NCBI GenBank assembly: GCA_964016885.1
Contig: OZ024741.1
Span: 126,418,001 to 126,482,000 of the forward strand
DNA length: 64,000 nt
Source of the DNA: Eledone cirrhosa
Lineage: Eukaryota
Reading direction: 5' to 3'
Part shown: one piece after another, positions 13,262 to 26,143 of the stretch
How positions within the stretch are numbered: position 1 is the stretch's first letter
How the letters are laid out: every line of letters begins with the position of its first letter
Notes under the pieces: model-generated
Told to the model about the DNA's origin: nothing
The model's input: only the letters and a program-made list of their open reading frames with translations
The model's database searches: none
Program-made: the position numbers and the translations under genes

Positions 13262-14914
13262 ATGGCTACGAAAAAGAAATTTCATAGGTCAATCCCACTC
13301 ATTCCGTCTTCTTCTTCCTCAATCATCACTACAGCAGAGAGAAGATTGTCTCTCTCCCACCCTTCTTTAAATGTGTCTCTCTCCCTCCCTTCTCTTTTGC
13401 AAGCGACGAAAGAAAAGAAAAGTCTCGTGCAAAGCGTGCAAGGTTTCTCCACGACGACGACGACAGCGACGAAACAGGTGTGCGGGAAATACGAAAACCC
13501 AGTTCATTCGTCTGACGTCAGGAATAATAGCAGTAGCAGCCGTAATAACAACAGCAACAGTGACAATGAAAACAACAGTAGCAGCCGCAACAGCATCACC
13601 AGCAGCATAAACAACAACAGCATTAGCAGCAGCAACACCAACAACAACCACAGCAACAGCGGCGGAGGCAGTAGTCGTAGTACCTGCAGCAACAACAAAA
13701 GTAACAGCAGCTCTGACGACAACAACAACAACAGCAGCAAAGAAAAACCAATCTCATTTGCAGGTATTGCGAAAAACTTGGAAACAATCCTCATAACAAA
13801 TGAGGAATTAGAGGAAGCGAAGAAGATGGTGACAAAGACTGGACACCGAGCAATCTGCAAGGCAGCGGAAAATTTTTTCGAAACCCAACAGCACTGTACG
13901 GTTACGTACCGTACAGTAAGTACAAAATCCCGTAGGGTGGAAAGAGCCACAGAGGCTCAAATACAAAAAGCCTTGGGGTCTGTGTGGCAGCGGAAAACGC
14001 ACATCACCGGAGGCAAAAAATATGCCACCGTAGACGTACTTTTTGACACACCCCAGGAGGCAAAGGCCCAATCCGTAGTGACCCTAAGGAGCGAGGAAAT
14101 GGTGTTGGTGCCCTCCTACTGCGGGCAAAAAATTGTGAGGTTCAAACTGACCCACGTCCCCCCCGGGATGGCCCCTTCTTGGCTGGCCGCGTCTGTCCTC
14201 GTCGGAATCGTGGACAAAACAACTGTACTGCAAGTACAGAAAAAAGTAAGAGAAGATTGGGTCGGCACCTCCATTGAGATGCTAATCCAAACCAACCAGG
14301 AGTGCATCGAAGCTATCCCGGATGTGATAGACTTCGATAACGGCACTCAACTGCCCATAAGTGTTGAGGGAAAACGCCCGAAATGCTTTCGCTGTGGATC
14401 GAAGACTCACCTCAGGGCCATCTGCAACGAGAAGACCCTGAGAAAGGAGAAAACCCCCCTCCTTCCAAAACCGGCTCCACGGCTACCAGCAAGAGGACAA
14501 GCGGCAACCAGGAACGATAGGTCCGTGGCACCCATACCCACGCCACGGAAATCAAAAACAGCAGCAGCAGTGGAAATATTAACAACAACAACAGCAATAC
14601 CAAATGCAGCTGCAACAGAGACTCCACTGCAAACATCACCAACAACAACAAGTGAAAGAGTGGAGCTGGTACCCCTCCCCGACCTCACAGAATCAGACAT
14701 GGAGTGTGAGGTGGGAGAGAGATGGCAAAAGGTCGTAAGAAGGCACAAACGCAGAAGCAGCGCATCGTCGCCTTTGAAAAGGGAGGAAAGAAATGAGAAA
14801 AGGGTAAAGTCTACTGCAAAGAGACCCACAGCAGCAACACCACCAACACCATCACCACCCACACTAGCACCACCATCACCACCGGCGACAACCCCACCGC
14901 CAACAACATCTTAA
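13262..14914 (+). CDS. Tx1-type ORF1 (gag-like) with CCHC zinc knuckle
   Basis: 550-aa open frame; CFRCGSKTHLRAIC knuckle after V.VEG..P; N/S-rich N-terminus and T/P-rich tail. Confidence 0.8.
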   Translation: MATKKKFHRSIPLIPSSSSSIITTAERRLSLSHPSLNVSLSLPSLLQATKEKKSLVQSVQGFSTTTTTATKQVCGKYENPVHSSDVRNNSSSSRNNNSNSDNENNSSSRNSITSSINNNSISSSNTNNNHSNSGGGSSRSTCSNNKSNSSSDDNNNNSSKEKPISFAGIAKNLETILITNEELEEAKKMVTKTGHRAICKAAENFFETQQHCTVTYRTVSTKSRRVERATEAQIQKALGSVWQRKTHITGGKKYATVDVLFDTPQEAKAQSVVTLRSEEMVLVPSYCGQKIVRFKLTHVPPGMAPSWLAASVLVGIVDKTTVLQVQKKVREDWVGTSIEMLIQTNQECIEAIPDVIDFDNGTQLPISVEGKRPKCFRCGSKTHLRAICNEKTLRKEKTPLLPKPAPRLPARGQAATRNDRSVAPIPTPRKSKTAAAVEILTTTTAIPNAAATETPLQTSPTTTSERVELVPLPDLTESDMECEVGERWQKVVRRHKRRSSASSPLKREERNEKRVKSTAKRPTAATPPTPSPPTLAPPSPPATTPPPTTS

Positions 14915-15398
14915 ACACCACCACCACAAGCACCAACATCGCAAACACAACAACAAAACACACACACCCAGCAACAACGACAAGAAAATAGCAGAACCAC
15001 ACCCCACTCCCAGAAAAAAAATGCACGGCAATAAATACACACAACAAGAAACTAATGACTTACATAATTGAACACACAGACATTTCACAACACGACTACA
15101 TAATACCAGCACCAATCAAAACGCCAACTAACATAAGACTGCTAAAAATAGCACAGAAACAATACACAAACATTAAAACGAAATTCCCCAACGCAGTTGG
15201 TGATTTCAGGGACCTAGGAGGAACTATCAATCGAAGAGTATATTCAGACATTCTCATAGAAGAGCCGACGACCAGCCTAAGGGACGATTCAACGGTCCCT
15301 TCACCAGACGATCAAGTGAAAAGGGATGTAAAAACCATCCCGCCTCTACCAAAAGTACGGTAAGTGGTCTTTCCCATCTTTTCCACTCTATTTTAAAC

Positions 15399-18300
15399 AT
15401 GACCTCACTCAGAATAGGCAGCATAAATGCGCGTGGCTTGGGGTCGTCATGGAAGCAGGGTCACCTGCTCAACGACCTCAGGTCACTGAACATAGATGTA
15501 GTGGCCATCAGCGAGACCAGAATCTCCGAAGCAAGGGCCTTCGCACCGATCTTCGGCGGCTACGATGTGTACGCATCTCCCAGCCGTCCTGGATCGGGGG
15601 GAGGAGTTGCTGTGCTTTTTCGGAGAGGTTTGAATCTCGCCATACGGGCCATCTTCCCTGACCCAGAGGGTAAGTTGGTGGTGCTGGACGTGACCAGCGG
15701 AAACGGGCAAGCTTTCAGGCTAGTAACCGTCTATGCCCCGACAGGAGCAGGGTGGCCTAATTTCTTCCGGCGTCTGGAGACCTTTCTTGGAACGTCCCGA
15801 TCTTTAGTGTTAGTGGGCGACTGGAACGGGATCTTAGATGCACGCTGGGACTGTGTGGGATTAGCGGATAGGGGAGGAGGGTGCAAGAGCCTCACCAACC
15901 TGCTCAGGCGTTTTGAACTGTCTGACAGGTAGTGATTGGATTTTCCGAATGTGCCAATGTGGACTTGGACAATTCGTATAGGGTCATCCAGATCATATCT
16001 AGATAGAGTATTTTGTAGGGAAATAGATAGGTCTAGCATAGGCTGTCCACAATTCAAGATAGTCAGCTACACGGACCACAAATTCGTGATCTGTGTGCTT
16101 GACTTAGATAGGCTTCACAGACGAGGACCCGGTTACTGGAAGCTAAACGCGTCCTTACCAGCGCGAGAGGCCTACAGAGACCGGATTAGCGAACTAGTTA
16201 AACGGGCGTTGACGGGGGACATCGTCAACAACAAGTGGTCGTTTGCTCTGAAAAGAGCAATTAGAATAGAGTCCATTAGGTTTAGTAAGGCTTTAACAAT
16301 AGAGAAAAACAGAGCAGAGGGAGAATTAGTTAGAAAATTAGACGAGGCGCTTTGCAAAGGCATCGCGACCGACGTACTTGCGGCGAAATTGGCCCTTGAC
16401 CAATTCTTCAATGTAAAGCACGAAGGCTGCGTTGTCAGAGCTAGGGTGCGTGCTCTCAGACACGAGGGGACGAAAGCCGTTCAATGGGCCTGAGTGGCGG
16501 AGGCGCGTCGTGGCAACAAAGCCACGATCCGGTCTTTGGTGGACCACGACGGGCGCATGCTACTCGATCCCGGGAACATGTGTGAAGCTTTTCAGCTACT
16601 CTTCGGTCAACTGTTCGGGGGCAGCGGTCGGCCGGATCGAGGGATGGACTTTAGTGTCTACCTCGACGGACTGCCGTGGCTCTCGACCACTGAGGCGGAG
16701 TGTTGCGAAAAGCCGATAACAGCCACTGAAGTACGGGAGGCAATGACTGGCTGCACAAGGGGTAAATCGCCTGGTTTGGATGGTCTGCCCTATGAAATTT
16801 ACGTACAAATGCCAGACTTGTTCGGAGGCCTCTTGGCGGACGTCTACTGCAACTGGCAACAGAACGGGAGAATTCCCAGCTCTGTGAGCCGAGGAGCGGT
16901 GCCGCTGCTGAGAAAGGATCCGAACAAGGGGGATAACATAGATAATTTTAGGCCCATAACTCTGCTAAACACAGAGTTCAAGATTTTGGCCAAGGTGCTA
17001 GCAACGTTGGCGCTTGTCGTTGGTGGTTTGGTGGGAGAGGCGTAGACATGCGACATTCCCGACAGATCCATCCACGACAACCTCCATTTCATGCGATACA
17101 TCGAAGAGAGGGTAGCTAGGGAACCTGGCACGGGTGTGTCCTTGATCAATTTAGAGCAGTCGAAAGCTTTCGATAGGGTCGACCATCGTTACCTAGCGGC
17201 AGTCCTGAGGGCGGCTGGCTTTGGGCCCGTCTTCAGAGGCTGGATTGCTGCCATGCACAGCGACATCTGCTCTGTGGTGAGAGTGAACGGTCACCTTTCG
17301 GAACCGTTCAACATCATGCGCTCGGTCCGCCAAGGATGTCCCCTCTCGTCCCTCTTGTACGTATTGACTCTCGAGCCATTACTGCACAAACTGGAGACGT
17401 TGAGGGGGGTCCCGCGCGAACTAGGATGCGGAAGATCTGTGTCAGCATATGCGGACGATGTCACCGTAGTGGTGTCGAACGCCAAACACATCGAGGCGAT
17501 CGTCACTACACTAAGAGAATACGAAGCGGTGACAGGAGCAATGATCAACCAGGAAAAGTCAGTGGACCTGCAGCTCGGCACCTGGAGAGGCAGGTTCATG
17601 CCGTCCAACAGCGTCGTCGGGCGCTGGAGGGACGGACCGGTTAAATTACCAGGGGTCTGGTTCGGTCCGGACCTCCAGACGGACAAAAACTCGGATGAGG
17701 TGACAAGCAGGGTGGCTTCTCTCACCCAGAAATGGGCGGAGAGGAAGCTATCCCTGAAAGGTCGAGCGGAGGTGGCTAATGCGTACATCGCGTCCGTAAT
17801 TTACTACCGCCTGATGGTCGTACCTTGTCCTAAGCCCCGCCTGACTGCGCTGGAGCGTTTGCTCTTTCGCTTTTTGTGGAAGGGACGCGCTCCGATGGTC
17901 AGGCGGTCCATCTGCTGTCAACACCCGCTACGTGGAGGGCTGGGCATGCCATGGCTGATGATGCGCTGACACGCGCTCAGGCTACGACATCTCCACCTCT
18001 TCCTCGACGGTGATCAGGTGTGGTAGGCGTTTGCTAGACACGTATTTCCCCAGCTCGTCTCCTTGACGGAGCTGCAGTCCTGGGTCAAGCGAAGACCGAG
18101 AGGGAGCGCTTGGAGACTGGAATGTTTTCAGGCGCTCACAGCCCTCGACCAATCGGGCAATGTGATCGGTTGAAACTCCACCTTGGCGTTCTATAGATGA
18201 TTAGTGGAGGGGAAGAGCGACGACGTACTTGGAGAAACTCTAGGCGTCGACGAAAATCAACTAGCCATTCTCTTTGGAAGGACTTTCGGGCCTTGGCCTA

Positions 18301-18808
18301 TGGACAACTTCCAGAAATCTCTGGCCTGGCAGTGCTACCGGGGAGCTTTGCCAGTTCTGGATAAACTCTACAGGCATGGAGGTGCCGTCAGCCGGGCATG
18401 TCCGAGATGCGCGCAGGGCGACGAAACCGTCCTGCACGCACTCGTCCAGTGTCCGAGCATTGCTGACTTGTGGGTTTATGTCGAACACCTGCTGTCACGT
18501 GTAGGACGGATCCAGCTGAGTCCATCGTGAGGATTGCCCCGCCCTCTTCCTTTAGCCGGGAAGGGCAGGCAGTTGTTATCTGTCTAGTGGCCATGGCGAA
18601 AGAGATAGTATGGTGGACACGTTTGAAAGGGCTGAAGACGAGCACTTACCTCTTCGGTGATGCCCTGATTAACTTTTTCAAATTTCATTTGAAAAGGAAA
18701 ATCAGGGTAGAGAGGGAAGTGCTCTCTTCCCAGCATTTTGTTGAAAGATGGGTGAGAGAAGCAAGTATGGCCCGAGTGAATGGGCCTACTCTGAGTATGT
18801 GTCTGTAA
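15399..18808 (+). pseudogene. Tx1/L1 ORF2 (APE endonuclease, RT, C-terminal cysteine motif) with nonsense mutations
   Basis: NARGL, SET, VYAP, GDWN, LDR, TDH; GYWKLN; KSPGLDG, FRPITLLN, KAFDRVDH, QGCPLS, AYADD; CPRC...ETVLHALVQC. One frame with several stops to about 18515, then a frameshift. Confidence 0.92.
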
Positions 18809-19070
18809 ATTAAAGGTGGAAAACTGGGAGAGGGCACTTGCCCTGGTGGCCAGGGTCACTGTGGTATTTTAATGGGCTTTCTCCACAAATGTCCCTCGGA
18901 AGTCTACCCCCTACTGGGGAATTTCTTTTGTTATTTTATTACATCCTCTGTTTTTTTACACGCAGAAATGCCCATCGTACCGTCCTGTATTGTCCTGTAC
19001 TGTCCTTAATGTCTACTTTATGTAAACCCTTGTGGTTAATAAAGAAAACATTATTATTATTATTATTATT

Positions 19071-21450
19071 TGCATTTATCTTGCTTTATGTTTATACGAG
19101 TTATCACCAAGTCACAACCAGTGACCTCAAGAGACAACAAGGTCCGCCATGTTCAAGAAAGAACATACATATCCACACATGCATCCTTAGTGTTTAGACT
19201 TGTGATGTACTTATATTGACAGGATCTTCCTTAGTATATGGGCAGTTCCCATTAGTACTATCTTTTGTATTTCTCCTATACGCGGGTTTCCTGGGATTTG
19301 CGATAAGTAGTCATTAGACCCCTTAGGTATCATTCCCAGAGCGCCTACAACCACTGGTATTGTTTTAGTTCTCAATTTCCACATTTTTCCAATTTCTATC
19401 TCCAGGTCCTTATACTTGCTCAATTTTTCAAATGTTTTTATAGATATATTCTTGTCTATTGGAACAGACATATCAATTAGCAGGCATACCCTCCTTTGAA
19501 AGTCCTTCAATATTATATCAGGTCTATTTGCATCTATTTTTCGGTCTGTTTGGATGCTAAAGTTCCACAAGATTGAGATGTGATCTTTTTCAAGTATGGG
19601 AGGTGGTTGATGTTCCCACCAATTCTTTTGATGGGGAAGGTCAAAATGCTTACACATTATCCAATGTATGTATTGTGCAGCTCTGTCATGCCTGTTTAGG
19701 TATTCGGTTGGAGCTATAGGACTGCACATTGAAATTATATGGTCAATGGTCTCTGGTTGTTTTTTTGCATACACGGCATAATGGGCTGCACCCATTTTTT
19801 ATTATGTTGGCTTGGTAATTTTTTGTTGGCAGACACTGATCTTGTGCGGATATAATCAGTCCTTCAGTCTCCGATTTCAGTCCAGAGGATGCCAACCACT
19901 GATGGGTTAAAGTTTTGTCAACATCAGGATTGTTAGCTCGCTCTGGGTATTTTCCATACAGAGGCTTTTCTTGCCATTTCTTAGCCAGTTTCTGTAGCAG
20001 TTCTTTCTTTGCAGTTACTTTTACCTGCTTTGCTTTTTCTGTGTTTTCCATTTCAGCAGTAAATGGGACTTCTGAAATTTGTAGTCCATTACTGTATCTT
20101 TGTGCATCTTTTGTAATGGAATATGATCTTTTGGTGCTTTCGTGTTTCAAAACGAGTTTGATCATCCAATCATGTGATTCCCTTAGATATGTGGATAATC
20201 CAATTGTTGCAGTTTTCAACGCAATGTCTAACTGGATTAACCCACGTCCTCCTTCTTTCCTAGGGAGATATATTCTATCTATGTCTGCCTTAGGGTGATG
20301 CATTCTGTGCATGGTTAAGAATTTTCGGATTTTTGTATCGAGCCTACGGATCTCTGTGCTTGACCAGTTGATGACATTGTAACTGTAGGTTACTACTGGT
20401 ATGGCAAGCGTGTTTATGGCATCGATCCTATTCCTTGCATTCAATTCCGTTCTTAAGATTGCTCTGACTCTGCGGTAACATTCCTTCCTTATCCTTTCCC
20501 TCATTGTCGAGTGCTTGATTCCGTCTCCTTCACAAACACCTAGATATTTGTAAGTTTGTTCTTGATCAAGCTCTCTTATCACGTTACCCCGATCAAGATT
20601 AATGTCTGAACTCTTCAGCAGCTTACCTCTGGTGAACGTTGCTTTGGCGCATTTATCCAGTCCAAACTCCATTTTAATGTCATCACTGAACTGCTTCACA
20701 GTGGATAATAGCCCTTGCAATTGTTCATCATTTTTTGCAAATAGTTTCAGGTCATCCATGTAGAACAGGTGATTAATGGTTTTGTCATAGACTCTATATC
20801 CATGTTTTGTTTCATTGAGCATTTTACTTAATGGTATAAGTGCGATGCAGAATAAAAGCGGTGATAAAGAGTCACCCTGAAAAATTCCACAATTAATGTT
20901 AACTTCTCCAGCTTCCAGTGATTTTGTTTCACTATTCAAAAGGAGTGTCGTTCTCCATGTCCTCATACTGAATGAGAAAAACCTCCTGACAACGGGGGAT
21001 ATTTTGAAAATCTCTAAACATTTTTCAATCCAACTGTGTGGCAAACTATCAAATGCTTTTTTATAATCTATCCAAGCAATCGATAGATTTTTGTGTCTAT
21101 TATGACAATCTTTCAGTATCATTTTGTTAACCAGAAGCTGATCCTTACAGCCATATGAGCCTCGTTTACACCCTTTCTGCTCAATGGGAAATAGGTCATT
21201 TGTTATCAGGTGGTCATATGTGTATTCAGTTAGGACTGATGTTAAAATTTTATACATTGTGGTCAAGCAGGTTATCGGTCTGTAATTTTTGGGATTGTTT
21301 GTCTCATCATTCTTCGGTAGCAGGAATGTAATGCCGTTAACTAGCCATGATGGCATCTTTTCTGGCTCCTTAACTATTTCATTGTAAAGTTGGGCTAACA
21401 GCTCATGAGACTCTGTGAAGGCATTTATCCAAAAGTTTTGTATTACCCTG
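19071..21450 (-). mobile_element. Second, divergent R4/Dong-like family (RT plus RLE), 5'-truncated
   Basis: ORFs 19743-21356 and 19211-19795 separated by one frameshift: NYRPITCL, GIFQGDSLSPLLF, YMDDLKL, RHD, NRPDI, PVVVGALG; 3' end abuts (TAA)n at 19051-19070. Confidence 0.92.
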
Positions 21451-21477
21451 GGATTCGAAGTGTTACAGTTTACCTCG

Positions 21478-21478
<1 letters not shown>

Positions 21479-21544
<66 letters not shown>
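21479..21544. repeat. (TTA)n tract, tail of the RTE element
   Basis: Directly visible. Confidence 0.95.
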
Positions 21545-21545
<1 letters not shown>

Positions 21546-24320
21546 GCCCACTTATTCCTGAGAGGGTCGTGTGGGCAGAGTTCTCAAGCACTCTCAAACA
21601 CTCCTTCCAGTGGGTCCTGTTATAAGCGACCGTATCCAACTGATCCGGTTGGATCTCCAAGCCATAAAAGCCAAGCTTATGAATGTTATCTAACCATCTT
21701 GTTCGGGGTCTACCACTAGGTTTCCAGCCGGTTAGTTTTGCCCGTAAAATCTGTCCTGCGATTCTTTCCTAAGACATTCTAATCACATGCCCATTGTATC
21801 AGAGCTGTGATCGCTCAATTCGGAGAAGTAGCGGCTCCACTTGGAGTTACTCTCTATTCTCCGAGCTACGCACACTATCGAGTAACGTTACTCCAAAGAC
21901 CCTTCGGGGGAACACCATTTCGGCCGCTGGTATTCGCGATCATATTCTTTTGGTCAATACCCAAGATTTATGACTATAGGTAAGGGTTCGAACGAATATT
22001 TAATTGAAGATAGCGAGTTTGGCTTTTACACCCACTTCCCTTCTTTTGATTACAGAATATTGAATCTGGCCCATTGCTGCACCAGCTTCTGCAATACTTG
22101 CACTTAATACAGCCTCCTTCTTTCCATCATTCGTGAATACGGCTCCGAGATACTTGGACTTTGCCACCTATTTCAGTGGAACTTCATTCACATGTAGAGT
22201 GCACTGCACAGGCTTCCTTGAGAGGACGAGTGCCTCAGGTTTTGCATCACCTATTTTCATTCCAACCATGCAGACTGGGCATCAAATCTATCAAGTGCAA
22301 GTCAAAAATCATCTTCTGTCAAGTTCAGTAACACCATGTCGTCTGCAAATTTCAGCTGAGTGATTTTACACCTGTCAGTCGTGATACCACTTGCAACCCG
22401 ACTGCCCATGCCAATCCTGTTCGTGAAAATAATGAACAGGAGAGGTGACAATACGCACCCTTGGCGAGCCGACTCCCACAGTGAATGGTTTCGATTTATC
22501 ACCATTTATCCAAACACAAATACTTGGGCATTCGTATAGAGACACCAGGGCAGCAAGAAGCTGGCCATCGATCCCATACTCCTGCAAAATCTTCACAGCA
22601 GGTCCCGAGGAACGCGGTCATATACCTTTTTGAGGTCTACAAAACAAGAATATACCTTATTTAATCAGTTGTCCTGCGTCCGGGGCGAAAACTACCTTCT
22701 TCATCAGCTAGCTTGGACTTGATAATCTCCCTACATCTCTTTGCCAGACACTTAGCGTAGACTTTACCGGGGTGGCTTAACTAGGAGATCCCGATATAAC
22801 TGGAACAATCTCTCATGTCTCCCTTTTTGAAATTTGGTATTATCACACCCGATTGCTATTGTTTAGGTGCCTTTCCAGAGTTCCAGGTCACTTGGCACAC
22901 ACGAGCCAGTCAGAGAATACCTTCTCTATTTAAGGCTTTTAACATCTCGGGTCTGATTTCATATTCCCACCGCGGCCTTACTACATTTGAGCTCAATGTC
23001 CGAGAGATTAGTCACCACTCCCAGATGCATCCCCTGTACATCAGAAGATGCTGTTGTGATCGGGTTTAGGAGATCAGCAAAATATTCTCTCCACTTCGCT
23101 AGGATGCACGCCTCTGAAGAGAGGGAAACTCTCGGCGCGTTCCTTATAGTAGATGTGGAGGATGCCTTCTTATTACGAAGTCAGTGGATGGTCTGGCAGA
23201 ACACTACATTTGCTGATCTGAAGTCAGTTTCCAACTTAACCCCAAAGTTCTCCCATGTCTTCACTTTGGAAGCCTTTACTGTCACAGTTGCGATTCGTCG
23301 TTCCTGCTTGTACCGCAAGTGCAAGAAGGAGGACTTATTTCCAAGCCAAGCTTTGTAAGCCTCCCTCTTTGCTCGGATGGCATCTCTGACCTCTTTTTTA
23401 AATCAAGGGATCCTCCTTCCATCCGGCGCCACACTAAGCCTCTTTCGCCCGCAGCATCTAACAGCTGAAACAGAAATTGCTGAGTTGAATAATCTCCATT
23501 CAGTCTCAACGTCCTCACATTGCTCAGGGAGTTCTCTGAATTTGGATGCAATAGCATTTGCATACCTGGTCCTGACTTCCATATCCACCAACGCTTTCCA
23601 CATTATCCTGTAAGTGCCAGTTGTGTGGGCTTTTTGTGCCAGTTGTGTGGGCTTCTTTCGCTTTAGGTAGTCTCAAGCTGCAGATAATTAGCTGGTGATC
23701 ATTTGACAATCCAGCTCCTCTCTTAACACGAATATCCAGCACAGAATCAAAGATATCATAGACAATAACAAAATCAATTATTGATTTCTGTCCCAGATTC
23801 CCCTTATAGCACGTATGTTTATGGATGCTTCTGTGCGAGAACAGAGGTCTAATACGGCCTCTTCATTCGTATTTATATCGGGGTCGCCGTTCCTTCCAGT
23901 CACTCCTTTCCATGTCATGTGGTCAGTGCCAACATGTGCATTGAAGTATCCTATCAGGATATATGATTCAGTCGTATTTACATCTAACGCTGCAGTGACT
24001 TCATTAAGGAAGGTTCTGTAGTCGGACTTCTTGTTTGGTGTAAAAGTTTGCACCACCCACAGAGACCTCTCTTTCTGCCTAAGCTTCAAGAGGCAAATCC
24101 TCCCCCTAATGGGATCCATTACATAACACATTCTGACAGCCAGGGGCTTGCGAGTATCCCCACTTCCACCAGTGCAATCATTTCTGGCACCACAACTGAA
24201 TAGTGGAGTTTCCATCCTCCATCCAAATCTACAGTGTCAGGGCCACGCAAATTTGTTCAGGAAACCCCGACTAATTCGAACAGGTAGCATCTAGCCTCCT
24301 CCACTAGTTTCTGCTTCTTT
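21545..24320 (-). mobile_element. Degenerate RTE-clade LINE (APE plus RT) with (TAA)n tail
   Basis: Fragments FNAHVG, VKRGAGLSNDH, RQGCVLSPLLF, FADDMVL; many indels. Confidence 0.85.
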
Positions 24321-24652
24321 GTTGATATTACAAATGTGTATTAAGATGTTTTGATGTCATATTTTCTATTAAGTATATATTTTGTGCACCGCCTTCCCAT
24401 CAGCACACATTTCATGCACTTTGTTCGTCTCTAATCAAAATCATTTATATTTATCTTATTTTGAAATCGCTGTTCTTACTTTGAAGTGGTAATGCCTCAC
24501 TTTGAACTAATACTGCTCAGAATTATAAATATATAACCTTTTATTTTTAATTGATCCTGTTCATATGGCTGCAGCGTATCAACATCAATATTAACAGTAC
24601 TTATGTTTTCAAGTCTGGTATTTAATTATTGAACCGCTAGATTACTGAACAC

Positions 24653-24720
<68 letters not shown>

Positions 24721-25029
24721 GGTGTATTTCCAACAGTTTACTTTTAATGCTATTTTATTGGTATTTTATATTGGGAAAACACAGTGGATTGAGTGTAGGA
24801 ATTCAGATATATGGGGTGTTGATAGGCTTGGTAGATTTTTGTATAGTTTATAATTTGGTGCGGTGTTTTTGGATATGCAAAGTGCCACTCTTTTCGTTTA
24901 TCATTGTGTTGATCGAGCCATTCCAGATATATCGGCTCACATTGCATTCGAGCAACAGTGACGATGATAAATTCCTATCATATATCTATCTATATACACA
25001 GGTACATACATATGTATTTATGTCTAAAC

Positions 25030-25472
<443 letters not shown>

Positions 25473-25699
25473 ATTGAATGCTTTAACAAACTCATTTGAA
25501 GTAAGATTTGGAGGAGATTATTTCCCAAACGATATTTCCAAGAATGTGGCGATATCGAATTTAATGATACAATCTCATGAAAGACCAGACTGATACGCGT
25601 CCTGATAATATACATGAATTTTAGTTACTTCTGTCTACTTAATTTTGGCATTTATTATACACACATAGTGGGCTGTGAGAAGATTGGAAAGAAAACATG

Positions 25700-25945
25700 A
25701 GGGACTTTCGTCGGTTCCGACGACCTGGGTTCCAGCATGGGGCCGAACATTCTACTGTATCCTTAACGTAGTTTTCCGAATGGTGGCTATTTGAATTGCG
25801 GGTACAACTAATTTTTGCCAGCTGAGTAGCTTGGAGCAGAGTAAAATAAAATGTCTTGCTAAAGGACACGGTGCTCCGTTTGGAATCGATCTAGCGACCT
25901 TAAAACCATGAGTTGAACAGCCTTTACTACTAAGCCACACATTTT
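25700..25945 (-). mobile_element. Family B SINE
   Basis: Minus strand TGTGGCTTAGAGTAGT...GTGTCCTTTAGCAAGACATTTTATTT...CGTCGGAACCGACG. Confidence 0.7.
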
Positions 25946-26072
25946 CACAATCTGTGTGTAGAATGAAAAGAAAAGAAAATACACGCCATTACTGTGGTTA
26001 AGAAGTTCTGGGTTCAGTTAAGGTGGGTGGCATCTTGCCGATGAGTGGTATTTGGAAGAAGGAATTATACAT

Positions 26073-26140
<68 letters not shown>

Positions 26141-26143
<3 letters not shown>

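Larger units (their letters stand above)
13044..19049 (+). mobile_element. Near full-length Tx1/L1-clade LINE inserted in (TTA)n
   Basis: 5' UTR, ORF1, disrupted APE-RT ORF2, 3' UTR with AATAAA at 19038; (TTA)n on both sides. Confidence 0.9.

Noticed and set aside
13367-18859. Many overlapping antisense and alternate-frame ORFs in the Tx1 element
   Set aside because: Expected shadows of GC-rich coding sequence; no recognisable motifs
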